Below, piece after piece: positions 22,463-30,823 of a stretch of DNA of 40,092 nt (positions within the stretch are counted from its first letter, which is position 1; every line of letters begins with the position of its first letter). Source of the DNA: a virus (Duplodnaviria; Caudoviricetes); IMG/VR virus record IMGVR_UViG_3300017780_006605, positions 1 through 40,092 of that record. The stretch is one strand, 5' to 3'. A program made the position numbers and the translations under genes. A model generated the notes under the pieces. The model saw only the letters and a list, made by a program, of their open reading frames with translations, did not search any database and was not told the DNA's origin.

Positions 22463-23371
22463 ATGGCATTTTTAGATAACAGCGGCGACATTATTTTAGA
22501 TGCGGTCTTGACAGACACCGGAAGATTTAGACTATCAAAAGGCGATGGTTCATTCAGAATTTCAAAATTTGCGTTCGGCGACGATGAAATTAACTATGGA
22601 TTGTATAATAAAAACCATGCAAGTGGTTCTGCTTATTATGATTTAGATATTTTACAATCACCAGTTTTTGAGGCATTTACAAATAACAGTATTTCATTAA
22701 AATCTAAATTACTGTCAATACCAAGAAACAATTTATTGTATCTTCCAACCATAAAAATAAATGATGTTGTAACTGGTTTTGCTGAACATTCATCTAGACT
22801 GTTCGTAGTGGCAGTAGATACAGACACTGAAACCTCTCTTGGAACTGCTACTGGCGTATTGTTTGGAGAAACACCAGCAAATGGTGGTGGGATTCGTACC
22901 GATCAGGGGTTGGACACAACAGAGGTTTCCCCTGCCTTCGCCATAGACTCAGATTTAATTGAAACTCAATACATCGTTCAGATCGATAACCGATTGGCAA
23001 ATGTTATAAGTACATTCGATAATTCAAGAGCAGTTGTTTCTTTTATTGATGATGATAATATTGCCAGTTATTACTTCTCTGCGGATTCAGATCTCGATTA
23101 TATAAAAGAAATTACAGATAGAACAGCAAATTCCGCTGGTATGGTTATAGCTGGACCCAGAGGGACGTATTTGCAGTTTAAACTTCAAGCATCGCTTGAC
23201 TTAAATTCAAGTACATATCTATTTAATTTACTTGGCTCAACAAACGCCATCACTGGCTCAGGCCCTGTCTCGGTTGTCACATACAACACTCTGGATAGCA
23301 ACGTAAGGGTTACTGGTGTAACAACCGGATATTCAATTGATGTTCCAGTTAGATTCGCCAAAACAATATAG
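22463..23371 (+). CDS. Tail/baseplate structural protein with a tail-collar-like N-terminus
   Basis: LTDTGRFRLS...ISKFAFGD resembles the start of P2 gpH-type collar domains (ITTAGAAKLA...ITTMAVGD); strong SD. Confidence 0.6.
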   Translation: MAFLDNSGDIILDAVLTDTGRFRLSKGDGSFRISKFAFGDDEINYGLYNKNHASGSAYYDLDILQSPVFEAFTNNSISLKSKLLSIPRNNLLYLPTIKINDVVTGFAEHSSRLFVVAVDTDTETSLGTATGVLFGETPANGGGIRTDQGLDTTEVSPAFAIDSDLIETQYIVQIDNRLANVISTFDNSRAVVSFIDDDNIASYYFSADSDLDYIKEITDRTANSAGMVIAGPRGTYLQFKLQASLDLNSSTYLFNLLGSTNAITGSGPVSVVTYNTLDSNVRVTGVTTGYSIDVPVRFAKTI

Positions 23372-23388
23372 AGGTATAAAATAATATA

Positions 23389-24420
23389 ATGGCAACAACA
23401 TTCAAAAATCTTTCCACAAGTGATGTAGTTTCGACAAGAACTCTCTTGCACGAAGCAATACCATTAACTGGAACTTTATTTTCAGGAACATACGGAACAT
23501 GGCCTTCTGACAACAATATAAAAAACTATTCTCATGGGATGTTTCAATCAGTTTATGATTATCCTTATTTAAGCTCTTCAGCAAATCATATAGTCGATAT
23601 GACCTTTGGATATGCCGCTAGTTCAGCACTTTCCGGTACCTCTTCCGCACATATCCAAGTTGGCAAGAAAATAAATATCTATAATCAAATGGCACAAATG
23701 TTGGTTGGCTTTGACTCAACGGGAAGCATAATGCAGTTCGATGCAGATGGAGATATTGCAGGTGGCGGCGATAAATTCGATACAGTGCTTATATTTAATT
23801 TTTCTCGCTTATTGACGAAAGACGAAATAAAGAAAGGCTCTTTTTCAATGTCGTTTATGACCGGCGCTGCTCCAACAGTTGCGGCAGGAACACTGTTGAC
23901 ACTAAGCGACACCGATGCCCAAAACGATTATAGAATCAACTCCCCAGCAGGAGAATACGGCATTCTTTATAGCGGTTCTGCTTCTCGCGGCCTAGTATAT
24001 TACCAAGCAGGTATTGCAATTGTAGCTCAAACTGTTTTTAATACCGCCGCCTTCTCTTCCGGCTCTACTGGTATTCTTACCCGAGGTGCCACCCTTTCCG
24101 GTTCTACAATAGAAAACATTACGAATACTCTTAGAGCCAGAATATCCAATATCACCTTCAACAATACAACAGAGCTAAACTCAACAATATATTTCTGTCG
24201 TGCTGCTCACAATGACTTTAACTATAGTTCAAATCCAACTTATCTGTCAAGCAGCAAGATGGTTGTCAAAAATACATCAACAGATATGCCAGTTTCGTAT
24301 ATAACAACAGTTGGCTTATATTCTGGTGATAATGAACTAATGGCAGTAGCAAAAGTATCGGAACCATTGAAAAAGGATCCGACGAATGAGCTTACTTTGA
24401 GAGTCAGATTGGACTATTGA
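23389..24420 (+). CDS. Tail/baseplate structural protein; C-terminus paralogous to 24568-25746
   Basis: FNYSSNPTY...YITTVGLYSGDNELMAVAKVSEPLKK...LRVRLDY; SD GAGGT. Confidence 0.7.
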   Translation: MATTFKNLSTSDVVSTRTLLHEAIPLTGTLFSGTYGTWPSDNNIKNYSHGMFQSVYDYPYLSSSANHIVDMTFGYAASSALSGTSSAHIQVGKKINIYNQMAQMLVGFDSTGSIMQFDADGDIAGGGDKFDTVLIFNFSRLLTKDEIKKGSFSMSFMTGAAPTVAAGTLLTLSDTDAQNDYRINSPAGEYGILYSGSASRGLVYYQAGIAIVAQTVFNTAAFSSGSTGILTRGATLSGSTIENITNTLRARISNITFNNTTELNSTIYFCRAAHNDFNYSSNPTYLSSSKMVVKNTSTDMPVSYITTVGLYSGDNELMAVAKVSEPLKKDPTNELTLRVRLDY

Positions 24421-24480
24421 TTCCCTTTTGAGGGTAGTGTTTCTTTTCATCAGCAGGGTCTTTCCTCTTTCTCAACACAA

Positions 24481-24561
24481 GAATATTGTGACAGCAAAGG
24501 TATCCTCTTTGAAGTTTGGACAGAAAAAACAATAAGCCCTCTATTTATATCAGAGCAATGA
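24481..24561 (+). pseudogene. 3' remnant of a T4 gp4/TnsA-like PD-(D/E)XK nuclease gene
   Basis: Translates EYCDSKGILFEVWTEKTISPLFISEQ*, matching the C-terminal E(Y/W)C...G..F.V.TE motif of gp4/TnsA-like nucleases; no ATG in this frame. Confidence 0.55.
24540..24547 (+). promoter_or_regulatory. Putative late-promoter motif TCTATTTA
   Basis: 20 nt upstream of ATG 24568, inside the nuclease remnant. Confidence 0.5.
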
Positions 24562-24567
24562 TTAATA

Positions 24568-25746
24568 ATGATATATAAATTTGGTGAAAACGATCTGTTC
24601 TACAATAGATTAGAAACACATCCAAAATTTAATTTCTATATTCATAGAGGCAAAGTCTATTACAATAATAAGACAGCAGTTTCTGGCGCATTTACTGCAA
24701 CTACCGGGTTAGTTCCAGAGGGTGCCATAAGCTTATATGAACTAAATGTTGATAGAAGCGAAGCAAAAACTGGTTTGATCTATCCGTTTATAACAAAGGC
24801 TGGAAGTTTAGGTGCCTTCAAGACTGTATCTACTTCACAATTCAATTCAGACTTCAGTTATGGTGATATAATATCTGGCAGCTATCCACTATCAGCTTCT
24901 ATAATTAGAGAATTTTATGTAAGTGGAGAATCTAGGCCGCACGTTGATGGACTTAGAAATACATTAAATTATTATCTGCCATTATCTCAGCATTATGCCT
25001 TTTCTTCATCACTTGGAGATAAATCAGAACAACAAATCAATCTTATAAATATACCAAGCATTTTTTATGGTTCTTCTATAGAAAAAAACACAATAAATTT
25101 AAAAATGTTTTATACAGGCACCTTGATTGCAGAAATAAAAGACACAAGACAAAATGGAGAACTAATCCAGATTGGACCAAGTGGATCTGTTGGCTCTGGC
25201 TCTATTGCCGGTGTGGCACTTTATAATGAAGGGTTTTTAGTTCTTACAGGAAGTTGGACAATCAAAAGCGATCTTGTAAATTACTTAGATGACATAACAA
25301 ATCCACAGACCACTTCATGGTTATATTTTGGTTGGGGAATGAATGACGGTCTGCTACAGCCCACTGGATCGGCCTCTGGCTCGCTTTACAGCTATTCTTT
25401 CGACTATAAGGGTACAAACTACGTCCCTGTTTTGACCATGCTTGCACACGCTCCTAGAGGCGAATTAAACCATTCTAATAATCCAACTTATATTGATAAA
25501 ACTTCCCCAAATTTAAATTTGTACTACTCTTCATCATACTCATTTGGAGAAGCAGAGGTTAACATCAAAAATACTGTATCTGCATCATATTCCGATCCAG
25601 AACCAAATTTTAAAAAAACAACTTATATTACAAAGATAGGCATATATGACGAGAATAAAAACCTCATTGCTATTGCAAATGTTGCAGAACCGGTTAAGAA
25701 AACTGAGGACCGAGATCTAACATTTAAAATGAAGATCGATTTTTAG
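24568..25746 (+). CDS. Tail/baseplate structural protein; paralog of 23389-24420
   Basis: LNHSNNPTY...YITKIGIYDENKNLIAIANVAEPVKK...FKMKIDF; also shares an I(K/E)K.(S/T) segment and a G...Y..G...(L/V) segment with the upstream paralog. Confidence 0.7.
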   Translation: MIYKFGENDLFYNRLETHPKFNFYIHRGKVYYNNKTAVSGAFTATTGLVPEGAISLYELNVDRSEAKTGLIYPFITKAGSLGAFKTVSTSQFNSDFSYGDIISGSYPLSASIIREFYVSGESRPHVDGLRNTLNYYLPLSQHYAFSSSLGDKSEQQINLINIPSIFYGSSIEKNTINLKMFYTGTLIAEIKDTRQNGELIQIGPSGSVGSGSIAGVALYNEGFLVLTGSWTIKSDLVNYLDDITNPQTTSWLYFGWGMNDGLLQPTGSASGSLYSYSFDYKGTNYVPVLTMLAHAPRGELNHSNNPTYIDKTSPNLNLYYSSSYSFGEAEVNIKNTVSASYSDPEPNFKKTTYITKIGIYDENKNLIAIANVAEPVKKTEDRDLTFKMKIDF

Positions 25747-25809
25747 GCAGCGTACTATTTCGAAGTTTAGACAGAAATAAGATTAACAAATATAGGAATT
25801 AAAATATGA
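25747..25809 (+). pseudogene. Second, more decayed gp4/TnsA-like nuclease 3' remnant
   Basis: Translates AAYYFEV*TEIRLTNIGIKI*, with TAG where Trp is expected. 25759-25777 is 17/19 identical to 24508-24526. Its TGA overlaps the ruvC ATG (ATGA). Confidence 0.5.
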
Positions 25810-26339
25810 ATGAAACCCCGATGGTATTGGGTTTAGACGTAAGTACATCAAAAATTGGTATTGCCGTCATAGACCTTGATAAAAGAATAGTTACAACCGA
25901 TGTGATCAAATTTAAGCCAGAAACTCCTTTAGAGGAGAAAGCAAAATTTCTAGAAAACAAACTTCTGAAACTTCAAAAACACTACATTATAACTGATGTT
26001 TTTGTTGAAGAACCTTTTATTGCTTTTTCTTCCGGTAAGACAACTGCTTTTACCATGGCAAAGCTACAAAGATTTAATGGCATGTGCAGCTATTCTGTCT
26101 ATAATATATTTGAATTCCTGCCCAGAATGATCAACGTTAGAGCAGCAAGAAATGGTCTTGGAATTAAAATTCCCAAAGGAACCAAACAGAACGAAACTAA
26201 AAAGCACATCATAGAATATGTTCAGAAGAACCATCCAGATTTTATTTATAATATGACAGCCCACGGGAATCCTGTTCCCGGCACCGATGATAAAGCAGAT
26301 GCTATCGTGATTGCCTTATACGGTCTACAGATTCTATAA
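25806..26339 (+). CDS. ruvC: RuvC-like Holliday junction resolvase
   Basis: Catalytic motifs VLGLDVS, VFVEEP and DDKADAIVIA; SD AGGA. Confidence 0.85.
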   Translation: MNETPMVLGLDVSTSKIGIAVIDLDKRIVTTDVIKFKPETPLEEKAKFLENKLLKLQKHYIITDVFVEEPFIAFSSGKTTAFTMAKLQRFNGMCSYSVYNIFEFLPRMINVRAARNGLGIKIPKGTKQNETKKHIIEYVQKNHPDFIYNMTAHGNPVPGTDDKADAIVIALYGLQIL

Positions 26340-26347
26340 AGATTTTT

Positions 26348-26376
26348 CTGCAAAGCACATGCATTCGTGATATACT
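26348..26376 (+). promoter_or_regulatory. sigma70-type promoter (CTGCAA-17-TATACT, extended -10 TGn)
   Basis: TGaTATACT at 26368-26376; 17-nt spacer to CTGCAA; primase ATG only 6 nt after the -10. Confidence 0.6.
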
Positions 26377-26382
26377 AATAAC

Positions 26383-27312
26383 ATGAATAACAAAACTTTT
26401 TTGATTTCGTCAGCACTTGGAGAGTACGTCAGGTCTGGCGAAGAGTTGTTGTTTTTTTGTCCGTTCTGCAAGCACCACAAACGCAAGTTAAGCGTTAACC
26501 TGCTTTCAAACAATTTTAAATGCTGGGTTTGCGATGTTCGTGGCAAGAATATCCGCAGGTTATTAAAAAATAGACTATCTCCCTCGCACCTTTACGAGTG
26601 GGACAAACTCCATAATATTGTGGATCTTTCTCGATTGAATACGGATTTATTCGAAAGCAAGAAAGAACTCGTAGAAGAAATTGTTGATTTACCAAAAGAG
26701 TTTATTTCTTTGGCAAACAAGAATCTTCCTGTTACAACCAATTTCGCTATTAAATATTTACTTGATCGTGGATTAACAAAACAAGACATTATCCTATGGA
26801 AAATTGGTGTTTGCTTATCGGGAGATTACTCAGGACGTATAATTGTACCTTCATTTAATCAAGATGGAAACTGCAATTATTTTATTGCCAGAGCATACGG
26901 CAAAGAATTCCCAAGATATATGAATCCAAATGTTTCTAAAGATGTTGTGTTCAACGAACTTTTTATAGATTGGAATAAAGATATTATTTTGGTAGAAGGG
27001 GTGTTCGATGCTATAAAGGCAGAGAATTCAATTCCATTGCTTGGCTCTACCTTACATGAAGGTTCAATATTATTTAACAAAATTGTCCAGTACGATCCAA
27101 CGGTGTATATTGCTCTTGATCCGGATGCAGAAAAAAAGTCAAACCTTATTATAGAGAAGCTGGCCAATTATGATATCAAAGTTCACAAGATTGATATATC
27201 TGGCTATGAAGACGTTGGAGTAATGACAAAAAAAGAGTTTCTATCGAGAAAAGGAGGTTCTAAACTAATTATTGATGATTGGCTATTAGAAAGTCAAATT
27301 AGAGCAATATAA
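26383..27312 (+). CDS. DNA primase (zinc finger + TOPRIM), T4 gp61/DnaG-like
   Basis: CPFC..H...CWVC zinc-binding domain; GRIIVP; TOPRIM LVEGVFDA and ALDPDA (DxD). Confidence 0.9.
   Translation: MNNKTFLISSALGEYVRSGEELLFFCPFCKHHKRKLSVNLLSNNFKCWVCDVRGKNIRRLLKNRLSPSHLYEWDKLHNIVDLSRLNTDLFESKKELVEEIVDLPKEFISLANKNLPVTTNFAIKYLLDRGLTKQDIILWKIGVCLSGDYSGRIIVPSFNQDGNCNYFIARAYGKEFPRYMNPNVSKDVVFNELFIDWNKDIILVEGVFDAIKAENSIPLLGSTLHEGSILFNKIVQYDPTVYIALDPDAEKKSNLIIEKLANYDIKVHKIDISGYEDVGVMTKKEFLSRKGGSKLIIDDWLLESQIRAI
27264..27271 (+). promoter_or_regulatory. Putative late-promoter motif ACTAATTA in the primase 3' end
   Basis: 52 nt upstream of the small leader-bearing gene at 27324; same 8-mer as at 3370. 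Confidence 0.4.
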
Positions 27313-27323
27313 AGAGGAACAAC

Positions 27324-27605
27324 ATGAAACTCACAGAATCAATACTTCGCAAGATGATAAAAGAAACGCATGATGAAATGTCGCATGAAGAAGCTGCTCA
27401 TGAGTATGGAAAAAGTCTTGGATTCCAATATGACGAAGGCTCCGATATAAAAGCATCAAATATAGCAAAACAATTTATTGACGCGATCAACGAACTCAGG
27501 GCAAATCCAAAATTGGCTATGAATGTAGAAAATTTAATTAGGTCAGAAGGAGAGAAACAACTCGCTGGCATAATTGGACAACTTTCTAAATTTAAATCGG
27601 CATAA
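27324..27605 (+). CDS. Small protein with MKLT...L+.(I/M)I+E leader; candidate internal head protein
   Basis: SD AGAGGA; N-terminus MKLTESILRKMIKE shared with 32712, 39617 and 39915. Confidence 0.75.
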   Translation: MKLTESILRKMIKETHDEMSHEEAAHEYGKSLGFQYDEGSDIKASNIAKQFIDAINELRANPKLAMNVENLIRSEGEKQLAGIIGQLSKFKSA

Positions 27606-27614
27606 AAAAATCTG

Positions 27615-27643
27615 TTGACTATCTTGCCTCAACGTGTTACTAT
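27615..27643 (+). promoter_or_regulatory. sigma70-type promoter TTGACT-17-TACTAT with extended -10
   Basis: TTGACT 27615-27620, exact 17-nt spacer ending TGT, TACTAT 27638-27643; A-tract upstream; SD GAGGA before ATG 27661. Confidence 0.8.
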
Positions 27644-27660
27644 AACAGTAGAGGACATAG

Positions 27661-30600
27661 ATGAAAGTACTGCATATTAGTGATGTTCATGTCAAAAACT
27701 TTAAATATCACAAGCAATACAGTGAGATTTTTGAATCTTTATACGAGAAAGCAAGAGAGCTAAAGCCAGATATTATTATAAACACTGGCGATACTGCCCA
27801 TACCAAGCTGGAAATTTCTCCATCTTTTGTGGAAATGACAGCAAAGTTTTTTGAAAGCCTGTCTTCAATTGCTCCATTACACATTATTTTAGGCAATCAC
27901 GATCTAAATTTAACCAATAAAGATCGACAAGATGCAATCACACCAATCGTTGATGCATTAAAGAACCCCAATATCATCCTGCATAAGTACTCAGAGAAGT
28001 TTACTTTATTCGATGATTTTAATTTTCACGTTCTTTCAATTGTTGACGAAGAAAATTGGGATTTGAACGTCGATGAAACGAAAACAAATATAGCATTGTT
28101 CCACGGTTCTGTGAAAGGTTCACAGACAGACAAGAACTTTACTATGACTCATGGAGATATCGAGTTTTCCGTATTGGAAAAATTTGATTATGCACTCTTA
28201 GGAGATATCCACAAGACTAATCAATCATTGGACTTTGCTGGACATTGCCGTTATCCCGGTAGTCTAATCCAGCAAAACCATGGCGAGACAAACGATAAAG
28301 GATTCCTTTTATGGGATATAAAAGGAAAAGAAGATTATCATATCGAACATGTGCAGCTTCTAAATCCATATCCGTTTTGCACAATAGAGCTAACAGAAGA
28401 AGGAAAAGTTCCATCTAATGCCTCTGTTCCATTGGGTGCAAGACTTCGTTTGCTTTCAAGCAATAATCTTTCAACAGAATTGATGAAGAAAGCATCCGAT
28501 GTTGCAAAAGATAAATTCAAACCAGAATCAATTTCTTTCTTAACGAGAAACGTAAATAGAGCCGATAATGTCGTTGGTGACAAAATATCAGCTAAAGAAA
28601 ACTTACGCAATCAGAAAGTACAAGAAAAGTTAATGGCAGAATACTTAAAAGATTTCAGTCTCTCAGATGATATGCTACAACATATATTTGAAATCAATAA
28701 TCGTTATAACATTCAAATCCAATCAGTTGAAGAGGTCGGTAGAAATATAGATTGGAAGCTAAAGAGTGTAGAGTGGGATAATCTTTTCAATTATGCCGAT
28801 GGAAACTCCATTGACTTTTCCAAACTCTCTGGAGTTGTTGGAATATTCGGAAAGAACTATTCAGGAAAGTCCTCGATAATTGATAGCATCCTTTATTCTA
28901 TTTTCAATACAACGTCGAAAAACGAACGAAAAACCACTAATGTAATCAACCAAACAAAACAAAGTGGTCGTGGCAAAGTAGTTATCGAAGTAGACGATCT
29001 TGAGTATCATATAGAACGAAAAGCTGAGAAGTATACAAAGAAGCTTAAAGGTGAAACCACAGAGGAAGCAAAAACAGAATTGGCATTAAACCTGTTTGAT
29101 CCTGTGACAAATCAATGGGAGCAGATGAACGAACTATCCAGAACGGATACGGATAAGAGAATTCGTAAGATCTTTGGTACAATCGATGATTTTATGTTAA
29201 CGTCCTTCTCTTCTCAAATGGATTCAATGTCGTTTATTCGTGATGGATCGACTCATAGAAAGGAGATTCTTGCTCGTTTTCTCGACTTGGATATCTTTGA
29301 TGCAAAATTCAAAATTGCCAAAGAAGAGTCGGCAAATATAAAAGGTCTGCTGAAAAAGATAGAAGGAAAGGATTATAATTCTGCGATCAATGAGAATGAA
29401 GGGCAGCTTTCTCAGCTTAATGAAACTATCTATAGTAATGCTGCCGAGTCAGAGAAGCTAAAGATAAATATTTCTGATATCAAAGAACAGATCAGTAATC
29501 TGAATTCTTGTATTAAAGCGCATACCAAAGAGTGTGGTATAGAAGCAACTGATATAGAAAATGTTTTAAATGAGAAGCAAACACTTTCTCAGAATTTGGA
29601 AAACTTAAATACAGAGCTTTTATTAAAGCAGGGAGAATCTGACGAAGCTAAGAGCTTGCTATCTAAAATGGAAGAGTTCTTTAAGAATTTCGACATTAAA
29701 GAGTTGAAAGGCAAAAAAGATTTCATTGTTAAAAAACAAACAGAACTTAAGAATTTACATTCGGATATTTCCACAAACAAGAAGGATGCCGAGAGACTTA
29801 ACTTAAAAATTAAACTTCTAAGCGAGATTCCTTGTGGAACCAGCTTTCCAACATGCAAATTCTTGAAAGATGCATATGAAGCAAAAAAGCAAATTCCAGC
29901 AATCAACGATTCAATAAAGGAAGATGGGGATAAACACTCTAAAGTTTCCAAAGAAATCGAAGATTTCGACGCATCACAGCTTGACTCACAAATTTCAAAA
30001 TATGAACAAATTGTTTTGAAGAAAGCCGAAACAGAGAAAAAATCCTTAAAACTTCAAATTGATATCAATCGAATTGAAAAAGAGATTGGAACATCGAGCA
30101 GCAGATTGGTTATTATAGAAAATACTTTAGAAATCTTTAGAAAGAACAACGAACTATTTTCTAAAATTGATAACCTTAAAACAGAAGAGATAGTCCTCAA
30201 TAAAGAATTAAATTTAGCATCCCGCAAGTTTGAAAAGCTTGACAAAGAGACAATTGAATCCTATATTAAAATTGGTTCTTTAACAAATAAGGTTGAGACA
30301 CTAAAAACAGAAAAGCAAGAACTAGATAACTACAGGGATGAATTTGCAGCATATGATTATTATATGCGATGCATGCACGCAAATGGAATTTCTTACGAGA
30401 TAATCAAAAAGAAACTTCCAGTAATCAATATGGAGATCTCAAAAGTACTTTCGAACATCGTAGATTTTGAAGTATATTTTGAAGATGATGGAACAAAATT
30501 AAATGTCTTTATAAAGCATCCAAAATACGATCCTCGTCCAATTGAAATGGGTTCTGGTGCGGAAAAAACTATTGCGGCAATAGCTATTAGATTAGCATTT

Positions 30601-30822
30601 CTTCAAGTATCCAATTTGCCAAGAGCAAATTTCATTGTGCTTGACGAACCGGGAACAGCACTAGACGGAGAGAACATAGAAGGATTGACCAGAATATTAG
30701 AAATGGCAAAAAGTTGCTACGACGTTGTTTTGCTTATTTCCCATATGGATGCGTTGAAAGATATAGTTGATCAAATAATTATAATAGAAAAAAAGGATGG
30801 ATATGCTTATGTCTCAATTTAA
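27661..30822 (+). CDS. Fused Mre11/SbcD nuclease + Rad50/SbcC ATPase (T4 gp47-gp46-like)
   Basis: Phosphoesterase motifs SDVH, TGD, GNHD, FHG, GDIH; Walker A GKNYSGKS (28849-28872); long coiled coil; signature-like GSGAEK; Walker B IVLDEP; H-loop LISH. Confidence 0.92.
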   Translation: MKVLHISDVHVKNFKYHKQYSEIFESLYEKARELKPDIIINTGDTAHTKLEISPSFVEMTAKFFESLSSIAPLHIILGNHDLNLTNKDRQDAITPIVDALKNPNIILHKYSEKFTLFDDFNFHVLSIVDEENWDLNVDETKTNIALFHGSVKGSQTDKNFTMTHGDIEFSVLEKFDYALLGDIHKTNQSLDFAGHCRYPGSLIQQNHGETNDKGFLLWDIKGKEDYHIEHVQLLNPYPFCTIELTEEGKVPSNASVPLGARLRLLSSNNLSTELMKKASDVAKDKFKPESISFLTRNVNRADNVVGDKISAKENLRNQKVQEKLMAEYLKDFSLSDDMLQHIFEINNRYNIQIQSVEEVGRNIDWKLKSVEWDNLFNYADGNSIDFSKLSGVVGIFGKNYSGKSSIIDSILYSIFNTTSKNERKTTNVINQTKQSGRGKVVIEVDDLEYHIERKAEKYTKKLKGETTEEAKTELALNLFDPVTNQWEQMNELSRTDTDKRIRKIFGTIDDFMLTSFSSQMDSMSFIRDGSTHRKEILARFLDLDIFDAKFKIAKEESANIKGLLKKIEGKDYNSAINENEGQLSQLNETIYSNAAESEKLKINISDIKEQISNLNSCIKAHTKECGIEATDIENVLNEKQTLSQNLENLNTELLLKQGESDEAKSLLSKMEEFFKNFDIKELKGKKDFIVKKQTELKNLHSDISTNKKDAERLNLKIKLLSEIPCGTSFPTCKFLKDAYEAKKQIPAINDSIKEDGDKHSKVSKEIEDFDASQLDSQISKYEQIVLKKAETEKKSLKLQIDINRIEKEIGTSSSRLVIIENTLEIFRKNNELFSKIDNLKTEEIVLNKELNLASRKFEKLDKETIESYIKIGSLTNKVETLKTEKQELDNYRDEFAAYDYYMRCMHANGISYEIIKKKLPVINMEISKVLSNIVDFEVYFEDDGTKLNVFIKHPKYDPRPIEMGSGAEKTIAAIAIRLAFLQVSNLPRANFIVLDEPGTALDGENIEGLTRILEMAKSCYDVVLLISHMDALKDIVDQIIIIEKKDGYAYVSI

Positions 30823-30823
30823 A

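Noticed and set aside
3004-25746. Bacterial contractile injection system (eCIS/T6SS) locus
   Set aside because: Terminase, portal, prohead protease and primase in the same block indicate a complete phage.
24508-25777. The 19-bp near-identical pair as CRISPR repeats, att sites or transposon ends
   Set aside because: Only two copies about 1.25 kb apart, with no integrase, transposase or cas gene. A shared reading frame (FEV.TE) explains it better.
25806-26339. RuvC-like protein as a TnpB/Cas12-type RNA-guided nuclease
   Set aside because: Only 177 aa, no zinc finger or recognition lobe and no adjacent ncRNA space; fits a stand-alone resolvase.
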